Origin: a virus
Lineage: Duplodnaviria > Caudoviricetes
IMG/VR virus record: IMGVR_UViG_3300020042_002832
Span: 1 to 25,974 of that record
DNA length: 25,974 nt
Strand: one strand, 5' to 3'
Below the pieces are notes generated by a model. The model saw only the letters and a program-made list of their open reading frames with translations, searched no databases and was not told the DNA's origin. Both the position numbers and the translations under genes were made by a program. The number at the start of each line of letters is the position of its first letter. Position 1 is the stretch's first letter. This document shows positions 8,288 to 16,348 of the stretch, in pieces.

Positions 8288-8447
8288 TACATACACATAT
8301 ACAACTTATAGTCTTAAAAGAAAAATACTATGGTGGCGAGAGCAATCAATAGAGAATGATAAAGGTGGAAGCTTTAACTTAGAGCTGTACCTAGATTATT
8401 TAGAGGCACAAGATGAATACTTAAACCCTATAAAAAAAGACAAATGA
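8268..8447 (+). CDS. Small hypothetical protein (59 aa; alternative start 8277)
   Basis: Manually translated ORF filling the gap, ATGA overlap with the next ORF. Confidence 0.6.
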   Translation: MIEMIDNTYTYTTYSLKRKILWWREQSIENDKGGSFNLELYLDYLEAQDEYLNPIKKDK

Positions 8448-8590
8448 AAAGGTATAAAGTAACTTACAACTATTTTGAAAGTGGAAAAAAACGAATAGCT
8501 ATCAGAATACTAGAAGCACTAGATAGAGAACACGCAATAATGCAAATGGCTATGTGGCCAAAACTAATATTAAAAGTAGAAACATTATGA
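8444..8590 (+). CDS. Small hypothetical protein (48 aa, MKRYKVTY...)
   Basis: Manually translated ORF, ATGA overlaps at both ends. Confidence 0.65.
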   Translation: MKRYKVTYNYFESGKKRIAIRILEALDREHAIMQMAMWPKLILKVETL

Positions 8591-8979
8591 TTGATCGAAT
8601 AGAACAAATAATCGAGGAACAAAATTTAAGAGAAAAATCTAGATACAGGTATTTAGTGCATAGAAGGTGGTTTTTATTTGGAATCTTGCGTAAACACGGA
8701 ATTATTTATAAACGTATTGGAGAGATGTTTGATTTAAATCACTCAACAATTTTATATGGTATGGCAATGGCTGACTTTTACGAAAGACAAAAAGATGAGC
8801 TTTACCTACTAGACACTATGGAGCTACAAAAAGAATTTGCAGGAATAGAAATAGTATTTCATCAGCGCAATCTTATTGATGACATCTTAAATTGCAAATC
8901 AATAAACGAGTTATCAGTTATTCAAGCAAGATTAAGAAATTTTCAATATAAAAATTATAATAATAGATCTCAAGATTAA
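8587..8979 (+). CDS. DNA-binding protein with DnaA domain IV-like HTH
   Basis: YKRIGEMFDLNHSTILYG resembles the DnaA C-terminal signature IG..F..RDHSTV; start 8587 chosen from ATGA coupling. Confidence 0.65.
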   Translation: MIDRIEQIIEEQNLREKSRYRYLVHRRWFLFGILRKHGIIYKRIGEMFDLNHSTILYGMAMADFYERQKDELYLLDTMELQKEFAGIEIVFHQRNLIDDILNCKSINELSVIQARLRNFQYKNYNNRSQD

Positions 8980-8988
8980 AATAATAAC

Positions 8989-8996
8989 TATATTTG
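8989..8996 (+). promoter_or_regulatory. Host-type promoter -7 element for the modification/replication operon
   Basis: TATATTTG immediately before the structured leader. Confidence 0.65.
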
Positions 8997-9001
8997 TCAA
9001 A

Positions 9002-9090
9002 GGATTGGCTCGACACCATAAATCCAAAAGGAAATTATTAGCCTTGTATCAAAACAGAAGTCGAGTCCTGTGGAGATATGAGGCTTTTTT
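9002..9090 (+). ncRNA. Structured leader RNA/attenuator with predicted loop-loop pairing
   Basis: Hairpin GGATT/AATCC with loop GGCTCGAC; terminator AGCCTTGTATC/GATATGAGGCT plus T run, with loop GTCGAGTC complementary to the first loop. Confidence 0.6.
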
Positions 9091-9111
9091 ATTTATTAAT
9101 AAATTAACATT

Positions 9112-9375
9112 ATGAACATTTTAGAAAAAGCGAATGAAATTGTAAATCTTCGATCTGAAGAAAAAGAAAGAGAGTACGGACCGTTTACAGAAGGAATGAA
9201 AAGATCTGCACAAATTTTAAGTGGTATGACAGGAAAGGATGTAGACGCTGTATTTATGTATAAAGCTTTAATAGCTTTAAAATTGTCTAGAGAGTCTTAT
9301 AATCATAAAGAAGATAATTTATTGGATGCTATAGCATATTTAGGAAGTTTAAATAATTATTATAATGAAAAATAA
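9112..9375 (+). CDS. DUF6378-like small helical nucleotide-metabolism-associated protein
   Basis: ILEKA.EIV..R...REYG, LKLSRE...HKEDNLLDAIAY motifs. Confidence 0.65.
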   Translation: MNILEKANEIVNLRSEEKEREYGPFTEGMKRSAQILSGMTGKDVDAVFMYKALIALKLSRESYNHKEDNLLDAIAYLGSLNNYYNEK

Positions 9376-10006
9376 ATTTAAAAACGCACAAGAAGCATTT
9401 GGATATTACTATGATTTAATATGTAATAAAGGTTTAAAAAGCAATAATACACTTTCTATTTTTAATTGTGGATTTTACCTAGAAAACCCTCTAGAAAATA
9501 AAATTAATTTAGAATTTAGAAAATGGAATCATGATTATGCTGAATATGAATGGCAGTGGTATTTAATGGGCAACCCTGATGCTTTAGAAATTGCTAAAAG
9601 AGCAGCAATATGGTATAATCACATGGACGAAAATGGATTAGTTAGATCTAATTATGGTTGGCAATGGTTACGAAAAGAGCAATTAAAAAAGGTTATAAAT
9701 AAATTAGCTGAAAATAAGCATACTAGACAAGCTGTAATTTCTATATATGATGGCAAAGAAATAGATACTTATTATAAAGACACTCCGTGCACTTTGTCTA
9801 TTCATTTTCAAATTATAAATGATTTGCTTTGCATGACAGTTAATATGAGATCAAACGATTTATGGTTTGGCTTTTGCAATGATCAATATTGCTTTTCAAA
9901 ATTACAAGAAATAGTATCTAAAGAATTAAATTTAAAAATTGGATGGTACTATCATTTTACATCAAATATGCATTTATATAATAATTTTTTAAATAAAAAC
10001 AAATGA
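9365..10006 (+). CDS. Thymidylate-synthase-fold enzyme, dCMP hydroxymethylase (T4 gp42)-like
   Basis: EWQWY, SNYGW, TRQA, PCT (Cys142), MRSNDLWFGFCND with Asp at Cys+31, H.Y motif; short 213 aa. Confidence 0.8.
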   Translation: MKNKFKNAQEAFGYYYDLICNKGLKSNNTLSIFNCGFYLENPLENKINLEFRKWNHDYAEYEWQWYLMGNPDALEIAKRAAIWYNHMDENGLVRSNYGWQWLRKEQLKKVINKLAENKHTRQAVISIYDGKEIDTYYKDTPCTLSIHFQIINDLLCMTVNMRSNDLWFGFCNDQYCFSKLQEIVSKELNLKIGWYYHFTSNMHLYNNFLNKNK

Positions 10007-10308
10007 AACTAAAAAACGAATTTAATCCTATTAGAGAATGGGCAAATGATAAAGGTATTTTATCAAAAGGTGATATCAAAACCCAGTATGTAAAATTTCA
10101 AGAGGAAGCTGGAGAACTAGCAAAAGCAATTATTAATGATGATAATGATGAGATCATTGATGCAATTGGTGATTGTATAGTTGTGTTAACCTCAATAGCT
10201 TATTTTAACGGTACAAGCATAGAAGATTGTATAAATTCAGCTTATGAAGTAATAGCACAAAGGAATGGAAAAATGATTAATGGAACATTTATAAAAGAAA
10301 CAAAATGA
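10003..10308 (+). CDS. MazG-like all-alpha NTP pyrophosphohydrolase
   Basis: WA..KG, KFQEEAGELA, EIIDAIGD, AYEVI..R.G...NGTFIK. Confidence 0.85.
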   Translation: MKLKNEFNPIREWANDKGILSKGDIKTQYVKFQEEAGELAKAIINDDNDEIIDAIGDCIVVLTSIAYFNGTSIEDCINSAYEVIAQRNGKMINGTFIKETK

Positions 10309-10724
10309 GAACTTATAAATCAAGAATAAAAATACCAATGGAGTTAGAAAATAGCTCAACAGGTTTAATAGGCGAAAAAATATTTGAATTATGGTTTACG
10401 CTTAATTTTCAAGGTGAAAAAATATTTAAACAGTTAGCTGATCGAGACTACCAACAAATTGATTTTGCAGATGAGAAAGGTTTTACTTACCAAGTTAAAG
10501 CAACTAAGCATCGTACATATACATTTAATTGTTGTTTAGATGATCTTAGAGACCATTTAAATAGTGATTACTACGTATTCATTCAAATAAAAGATCATTA
10601 TGCTTATATTGAATCTATTTATTTAAAAACTGATATTTTAGATAAAGCAAGTGTTTCTTTTAAATCTCCTGCTAGTTGTTTTATATGGGCTAATGATTTG
10701 CTACAACAAAAGCTGGAAATATGA
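10305..10724 (+). CDS. PD-(D/E)XK-fold (restriction-like) nuclease
   Basis: GLIGE ... IDF ... YQVKAT motif arrangement. Confidence 0.55.
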   Translation: MRTYKSRIKIPMELENSSTGLIGEKIFELWFTLNFQGEKIFKQLADRDYQQIDFADEKGFTYQVKATKHRTYTFNCCLDDLRDHLNSDYYVFIQIKDHYAYIESIYLKTDILDKASVSFKSPASCFIWANDLLQQKLEI

Positions 10725-11335
10725 GCGGCTGGATTAAAATTCATAGGCAAATTCTTGAATGGGAATGGTACTCAGATACAAATACTTTTCGTGTGTTTTT
10801 ACATTTGCTTTTAAAAGCTAATCATATTGAAAAAAAATATAAAGGAATGGATTTAAAAATTGGTACAATAATAACTTCTAGAGATATTTTAGCTATTGAA
10901 ACAGGTCTTAGTGTAAGGCAAATCAGAACTGCATTAGAAAAGCTAAAAAAGACCAGCGAATTGACCATCAAAACAAGCTCGCAAGGAACTGTAATTGAAG
11001 TAGTTAACTATAAAAAGTATCAACTAACGACCAGCGAGTTGACCAATGAAAGACCAACGAGTGACCAACAAGTGACCAGTAACAAGAAAGAGAATAAAGA
11101 AAAGAATATAAGAAGTATATTTATAGAGCCATCTTTTAATGAAATTCTTGAGTACTGTTCAGAGCGAAAAAATGGTGTTGATGTAAATAAATTCTTAAAC
11201 TTTTATTCAGCTAAGGGCTGGATGGTTGGTAAAAATAAAATGATTGATTGGAAAGCTTGTGTAAGAACATGGGAGAAACCAATTGAAATAAAAGAAGTAA
11301 ACGAACCTAATAAATGGAAAGCGCCATGGAGTTAA
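10721..11335 (+). CDS. Phage replication initiator (lambda O-analogous replisome organiser)
   Basis: GWIKIHRQILEWEW N-terminus, winged HTH (LAIETGLSVRQIRTALEKL), C-terminal FLNFYSAKGW...DWKACVRTW; contains iterons. Confidence 0.8.
   Translation: MSGWIKIHRQILEWEWYSDTNTFRVFLHLLLKANHIEKKYKGMDLKIGTIITSRDILAIETGLSVRQIRTALEKLKKTSELTIKTSSQGTVIEVVNYKKYQLTTSELTNERPTSDQQVTSNKKENKEKNIRSIFIEPSFNEILEYCSERKNGVDVNKFLNFYSAKGWMVGKNKMIDWKACVRTWEKPIEIKEVNEPNKWKAPWS
10951..11115 (+). repeat. Replication origin iterons (GACCA-core repeats) and adjacent A-rich tract
   Basis: GACCA at 10951, 10963, 11029, 11041, 11052, 11063 and 11074, then a purine-rich stretch. Confidence 0.7.
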
Positions 11336-12243
11336 ACGGATTTAAAATAACAGAAGCCGGTGACGTGATCACAGATCTGTTTAAATATAGAGATACATAC
11401 CACGAAAAAGGAAAATATCTAGGATTTGCTAAACTACATGAGCATTATTCAATGAGTTTAGGTAACTGCACAGATTGGACAGGATTTCCAATGAGTGGCA
11501 AAACCCAGGTTTTAATGGAGTGTTTAATGAATACTTCAAAATTTTATGGTTGGAAACATTTGGTTTACTTTCCGGATGTTGGTTCCAATGTTGAGATAAT
11601 AGCGGATTTAATAAATAAGAAAACAGGAAAGAGTTTTAATCCACTTGATAGAAACGTAATTGAGGATAGAGAAATTACTCAAGCAATTGATTGGGTATTA
11701 AATCACTTTAAAGTTTTGACTAAAAAAGATGTAAAAGCTAAATTAACTCCAATTCAATTTTGGGATATGGCTGTTGAGATTAAAAAAACTGAAGAGCTAC
11801 ATACTGCATCAATAGATAGTTGGAAGGATTTAAATCATCCTTACAATGACTTCGGTGGATACGCTCAATATCTTGAATATGTTTTACCTTACAGAAATCA
11901 AATAGCTGAGGATAATAATTTACATTTGCATACGATCATACACCCAAAATTAACTGAGAAAGAAAATGGAAAAAGAAATCCACCTGTGCCATATGATTTA
12001 AAAGGTGGAAGTGAGTGGTTTAATTCAGGCAAATGTATGATCACAGTACATAGGCAAGATCCAACTTTTAACCTAGCTGAAATACATTTTAATAAAATTA
12101 AACCTAGATCAAATGGTAACATCGGAATGATAGAAATTTGGTTTGACAAAGAAAGACTAAGCTATTTTGAGCAATCAAACCCTGCACCAAATGTTTATAA
12201 AAAAGCATACGCAACTAAACAAATAATTAATCAATTAAATTAA
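11326..12243 (+). CDS. DnaB/RecA-like (SF4-type) replicative helicase
   Basis: Walker A GFPMSGKT, Walker B-like ASIDSW, HP and DLKGGSEW motifs, KIK; follows the initiator (alternative start 11314). Confidence 0.75.
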   Translation: MELNGFKITEAGDVITDLFKYRDTYHEKGKYLGFAKLHEHYSMSLGNCTDWTGFPMSGKTQVLMECLMNTSKFYGWKHLVYFPDVGSNVEIIADLINKKTGKSFNPLDRNVIEDREITQAIDWVLNHFKVLTKKDVKAKLTPIQFWDMAVEIKKTEELHTASIDSWKDLNHPYNDFGGYAQYLEYVLPYRNQIAEDNNLHLHTIIHPKLTEKENGKRNPPVPYDLKGGSEWFNSGKCMITVHRQDPTFNLAEIHFNKIKPRSNGNIGMIEIWFDKERLSYFEQSNPAPNVYKKAYATKQIINQLN

Positions 12244-12247
12244 AAAT

Positions 12248-13123
12248 ATGAAAACAATAAACAGCATTAGCGGAGGACAAACATCTGCATACATTGCCGC
12301 AAATTATCCTGCAGATTATAATATTTTTGCATTGGTAACAACTGATGACATTAAGTGTAAATATCCAGATGAGAAGCTTAGACAAGTTGTAAGTGATAAA
12401 ATAGGAAAGGAATTTATTGGTACTTTAGAAGAGGACACAATAATTAAAACAATTTTAGATCTAGAACAATTTATAGGAACTAAAATAGATTGGGTAAGTG
12501 GCATTTCTTTTGATGAGCAAGTAAAAATATATAAAAAAAATGGCGAGATAAAAACGCATTTACCATCTGTAATGCGAAGAACTTGCACTATTGAAATGAA
12601 AATACAACCAATTTTTGAGTTTTGGCTTAAAAACATAAAAGAAATAACAGAAACTCGTATTGGTTTTAGAGCAAATGAAACTAGAAGAGCTAACAACATG
12701 ACTGAAAGAGCAGCTTTAACAAATGGAATATTAACATTTAAAACAATCGTTGGTCAATCTAAAAATGGTAATAATAAATGGTTAGATATGCCTTATCAAA
12801 TACCAAGATTTCCTTTGATTGAGGATAACATTTACAAAGATACTATTGTTGAATATTGGAAAGACAAACCTGTTGAATTTGCATACATGAACAATTGCGT
12901 TGGTTGTTTTCATAGAAATCCAATTGTTTTAAAGCATATGTCAGATAGACATCCTAATAAATTTCAATGGTTTATTGATACAGAAATTGAAGGTATGAAA
13001 CATTTTAACGGAAATAATTGGAAACAAGGAATGACATATGAAAAAATAAAAAGCTCATATAAACAGTTTGAACTATTTGACACTGATTTTAACGAATGTG
13101 ATTCAGGATATTGCGGACTATAA
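12248..13123 (+). CDS. PAPS-reductase-like PP-loop protein with cysteine motifs
   Basis: SISGGQTS PP-loop, RTCTIEMKI, IGFRANE..RA, FPLI, NNCVGC, C-terminal CDSGYCGL. Confidence 0.75.
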   Translation: MKTINSISGGQTSAYIAANYPADYNIFALVTTDDIKCKYPDEKLRQVVSDKIGKEFIGTLEEDTIIKTILDLEQFIGTKIDWVSGISFDEQVKIYKKNGEIKTHLPSVMRRTCTIEMKIQPIFEFWLKNIKEITETRIGFRANETRRANNMTERAALTNGILTFKTIVGQSKNGNNKWLDMPYQIPRFPLIEDNIYKDTIVEYWKDKPVEFAYMNNCVGCFHRNPIVLKHMSDRHPNKFQWFIDTEIEGMKHFNGNNWKQGMTYEKIKSSYKQFELFDTDFNECDSGYCGL

Positions 13124-13140
13124 ACTAATAAAAAAAAACA

Positions 13141-13425
13141 ATGGAAATACAAATTTTAAAAGCAAGAGTAATCTTACATAAGACATTACTTAAGCTTAAA
13201 GCAAGTAGAGAGGAAATTGAGCAAAAAAACGAACATCGCAGCGACTTAATAAATTCAATGCAGGAAACTGAAAACGAACTAAGCGAAGTATTAACAACTT
13301 TTATTATCCTAGAAAAACAAGCTAGAGAATTTTCACAATCATCTTATAGATTAGAGCGAATTAATTTAGATTTAAAATCTGAAATGAAACAATTAGAAAA
13401 CGAAATTAAAGCAAATAATTTTTGA
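13141..13425 (+). CDS. Hypothetical coiled-coil protein
   Basis: 94 aa heptad-rich ORF with A-rich leader. Confidence 0.65.
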   Translation: MEIQILKARVILHKTLLKLKASREEIEQKNEHRSDLINSMQETENELSEVLTTFIILEKQAREFSQSSYRLERINLDLKSEMKQLENEIKANNF

Positions 13426-13426
13426 T

Positions 13427-13942
13427 ATGAAGAAATGTAAGAATTGCAAGGAACAATTTGATCAAGTAAATTTTAACCAAAAGTATTGCCTTGCAAAAGA
13501 TTGTGTACAAATTTGGTTAAAAATTGAACATGATAAGAAATGGGTAAATAAAAAGAAAGAAATTAAAGAAAAGCTTCAAACAGTTCAAGAGCTGCATAAA
13601 CTTGCTCAAATTTATTTTAATTCATTTATTAGGAATAGAGATCGAAATAAAGGTTGTATATCTTGTGGATCACCTTTAGGCCAAAAGTTCGATGCTGGCC
13701 ATTATTATTCAATGGGTGGACATAAAGCAGTTACATACGACGAGAACAATGTTCACGGCCAATGTGTATACTGCAATCAATTTTTACATGGCAATCTTTT
13801 AAATTATCAAATAGGTATACAAAAACGCATTGGAGCTGATCAACTAATTGATTTACAAGGCAAAGCACATAAAGAAAAAAAATACTCAAGAAATGAATTA
13901 AAAGAAATAATAGAAAAATATAAAAATAAATTAAAAAAATAG
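13427..13942 (+). CDS. ninG: NinG/Rap-like recombination endonuclease
   Basis: N-terminal CxxC...C...C, FNSFIRNRD, CISCG, DAGHY, NVHGQCVYCN. Confidence 0.85.
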   Translation: MKKCKNCKEQFDQVNFNQKYCLAKDCVQIWLKIEHDKKWVNKKKEIKEKLQTVQELHKLAQIYFNSFIRNRDRNKGCISCGSPLGQKFDAGHYYSMGGHKAVTYDENNVHGQCVYCNQFLHGNLLNYQIGIQKRIGADQLIDLQGKAHKEKKYSRNELKEIIEKYKNKLKK

Positions 13943-13972
13943 TTGCTATATTAAAGTAAAGTATTATATTTG
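13943..13972 (+). promoter_or_regulatory. Early host-type promoter for the recombination operon
   Basis: TTG 13943-13945, 19-nt spacer, TATATTTG 13965-13972. Confidence 0.75.
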
Positions 13973-14004
13973 TAGATAATTATTAACCAATTAAAAACTA
14001 ACCA

Positions 14005-14532
14005 ATGAAACATTTATTTAAAAGCCTAGCAGAATTTCAGCAGGAAGTTCCAACAATTCACAAAGCAACACAGGGATATGGATACACATATGCCGACTTA
14101 CCAAAGATCTTTGAAGTAATTAACCCATTGCTAAAAAAGCATGGCTTAGGATTCACTCAATTGATTAATGGCAAAGAATTAATAACAATTGTATTCCACG
14201 TTGAAAGTGGAGAAAATTTAGAAAGCAATACGTTAATACCTCAAGGGGTACAATTAAAAGGAATGAATGATTTCCAGGTTTTGGGTAGTGCAATTACTTA
14301 CTTGCGTCGTTATGCTTTAAGTAGTATTCTAGGAATAGTTAGCGATAAGGATACAGATGCAGGTGGCGAACAAGTAAAGACCGAAGCAAAAAATGAATCA
14401 AAGAAAGTCGCTATTGACGATAAAAGACTTGCTAAGGCAATTAAGGCAATAAGCGAGGGTGATTATACTATGAAAGAGCTATTAAACACATTTGACTTAA
14501 CTCCTGAACAACTTAAAAACATTGCACAATGA
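14005..14532 (+). CDS. erf: ERF-family single-strand annealing protein
   Basis: YTYADL, PLLKKHGL, GSAITYLRRYALSSILGI..D.DTDA signature. Confidence 0.9.
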   Translation: MKHLFKSLAEFQQEVPTIHKATQGYGYTYADLPKIFEVINPLLKKHGLGFTQLINGKELITIVFHVESGENLESNTLIPQGVQLKGMNDFQVLGSAITYLRRYALSSILGIVSDKDTDAGGEQVKTEAKNESKKVAIDDKRLAKAIKAISEGDYTMKELLNTFDLTPEQLKNIAQ

Positions 14533-15200
14533 AGATAAGATGCTCCGCCATTGGCAAGATAATGACCTCTCCCAAATCTAAGGGGGAGGTTTTAAGCCAA
14601 ACAACTAAGACATACCTGCACGAGTTAGCTATTGAGGAAATCTACGGCATACGAAAAGAATTTAGCTCACGTTACACCGACAAAGGCAACGAAGTAGAAG
14701 ATCTTTCAATTGCTTTGTGTAATGATGTGCTTGATGTTGGATTTATATACAAGAATGAGGAACATTTTACCAATGATTGGATAACCGGAACACCGGATGT
14801 AAACACTAATGAGATCCTACTTGATGTAAAATCAAGCTGGGATGCGACAACTTTCCCATTTTTTGATACTGAGCTATTAAATAAATCGTATTTTTACCAA
14901 ATGCACGGATACATGTGGTTAACTGGTAAAGAAGAATCATTTCTTTGCTATTGTTTAATTGACACACCATTGCAAACTGTTGAAGACGAAATAAGACGCG
15001 AACATTGGAAAGCAAGTTTGATCGAAGAAAGTTTAGATTTAAGAGCGTTTGTACAATCAAAGCATACATTTGGTCACATACCAAAAGAAAAACGCTTAAA
15101 GAGCTTTAAAATAACAAAGGATGATAAAGTAATCGAAGATATCAAAACACGAATAGAACAATGTCGAGAATATTACAATGATTTAATACAAAAACTATGA
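14529..15200 (+). CDS. Lambda-exonuclease/YqaJ-like PD-(D/E)XK exonuclease
   Basis: IRCSAIG, KGNEVE, GTPD, DVKSSW, YQMHGYMWLTG; adjacent to ERF. Confidence 0.8.
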   Translation: MKIRCSAIGKIMTSPKSKGEVLSQTTKTYLHELAIEEIYGIRKEFSSRYTDKGNEVEDLSIALCNDVLDVGFIYKNEEHFTNDWITGTPDVNTNEILLDVKSSWDATTFPFFDTELLNKSYFYQMHGYMWLTGKEESFLCYCLIDTPLQTVEDEIRREHWKASLIEESLDLRAFVQSKHTFGHIPKEKRLKSFKITKDDKVIEDIKTRIEQCREYYNDLIQKL

Positions 15201-15289
15201 TAATTTTACTATCAATTTTACTAGCTCCTGCAATTGTATGGGGATGGTGGTGTACAATAGCTTATTTATTAACAATTAAAAACAAATAA
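15197..15289 (+). CDS. Small membrane peptide (30 aa)
   Basis: Manually translated MIILLSILLAPAIVWGWWCTIAYLLTIKNK; ATGA overlap, fills the gap exactly. Confidence 0.55.
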   Translation: MIILLSILLAPAIVWGWWCTIAYLLTIKNK

Positions 15290-15291
15290 AA

Positions 15292-15648
15292 ATGAAAGTA
15301 ACAGGTAAAATCCACTTTGTTGGACAAGTAAAGCAAGTGAGCGACAAGTTTAAATCAAAGGATGTTGTAATATTAACGGATGAGAAGTATCCTCAGTATA
15401 TTAATATTCAATTTACACAAGACAAAACGGAGTTAGTAAATCAAAACAACATAGGCGAACAAGTCGAAGTAAGTATCAATCTAAGAGGTAGAGAATGGAA
15501 AAGTCCAACGGGCGAAATAAAGTATTTTAACACGATTGAAGGATGGCAAGTTAACACAACAGCAAGAGCAAATGAAATAGCATCTGAAAGATTAGCTGAA
15601 TTACCACAAGCACCATTTAGATTAGATGATGATGACTTACCTTTTTAA
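15292..15648 (+). CDS. DUF3127-family single-stranded DNA-binding protein
   Basis: YPQ, F.QDK, INLRGREW, YFNTIEGW and acidic tail DDDDLPF. Confidence 0.85.
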   Translation: MKVTGKIHFVGQVKQVSDKFKSKDVVILTDEKYPQYINIQFTQDKTELVNQNNIGEQVEVSINLRGREWKSPTGEIKYFNTIEGWQVNTTARANEIASERLAELPQAPFRLDDDDLPF

Positions 15649-15650
15649 TT

Positions 15651-15875
15651 ATGAAAGCAACTATAGAATATAACCTACCGGAAGACCAATTTGAATTTGA
15701 TTGTGCCTCAAAGTCTTTAAAAATGTTTCACGCATTAAACGAGATAAAGGTAGAGCTGAGATCCATTTGGAAATACGAGGACTTAAAGGATAATGAGTTT
15801 GAAATGGTTGAAAGAATAAGAGAAAAGTTCTTTGAAATCTTAGCCGATAACGAAATAAATCTTGACCTATGCTAA
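15651..15875 (+). CDS. Hypothetical protein
   Basis: 74 aa, MKATIEYNLPED start, tightly packed. Confidence 0.7.
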   Translation: MKATIEYNLPEDQFEFDCASKSLKMFHALNEIKVELRSIWKYEDLKDNEFEMVERIREKFFEILADNEINLDLC

Positions 15876-16087
15876 TAGATGATCATAGCCTTAGAAATTA
15901 TCTAAGAGAGGCTTTAAAAACACGAACCCGAAACCAAATAGTAAAAGAAATACAGGAAAGAGGTGAGAAGTTTCACCAATATAACATAGACAGGTTTTTG
16001 TTAGGTAAAGATGTAAGTTTAGAAACAGCAAAAAAGCTTGATAAATATATTTATAGAATTAATTTATATGATTGTAATTTATTTTAG
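15869..16087 (+). CDS. Small HTH-like protein
   Basis: HQYNIDRFLLGKDVSLETAKKL resembles an XRE/Cro HTH. Confidence 0.5.
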   Translation: MLIDDHSLRNYLREALKTRTRNQIVKEIQERGEKFHQYNIDRFLLGKDVSLETAKKLDKYIYRINLYDCNLF

Positions 16088-16099
16088 TATATTTACCGC

Positions 16100-16348
16100 A
16101 TGAATTTACTCGCATTAGTTCCTTTAGCTTGGTGGTTTGTTAATTTTGAGCCACTTCAAGCAATGTTTGATCAATTATTTAGGTACAGACCTAATAGTAC
16201 ATTGGCTATTCATATCCATTCTGCTTTAGGGTGTATAAAATGTGTGGCTTTTTGGCTTACCTTACTTTGTACCTTTGATTTTATACTTGCTTGTCAGGCT
16301 GCACTACTTGCTTTTATACTAGACGAATGTTTACAGAAACTGAGATAA
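16100..16348 (+). CDS. Membrane protein with CxxC motif
   Basis: Hydrophobic segments, GCIKCVAFW. Confidence 0.6.
   Translation: MNLLALVPLAWWFVNFEPLQAMFDQLFRYRPNSTLAIHIHSALGCIKCVAFWLTLLCTFDFILACQAALLAFILDECLQKLR

Noticed and set aside
9365-10006. Annotation as canonical ThyA
   Set aside because: Asp rather than Asn at Cys+31, PCT instead of PCH, and short C-terminus point to the dCMP-modifying branch
16088-16095. TATATTTA as a host-type promoter for the sigma operon
   Set aside because: One mismatch to TAnnTTTG in very AT-rich context with no clear -33 element; plausible but too weak to list
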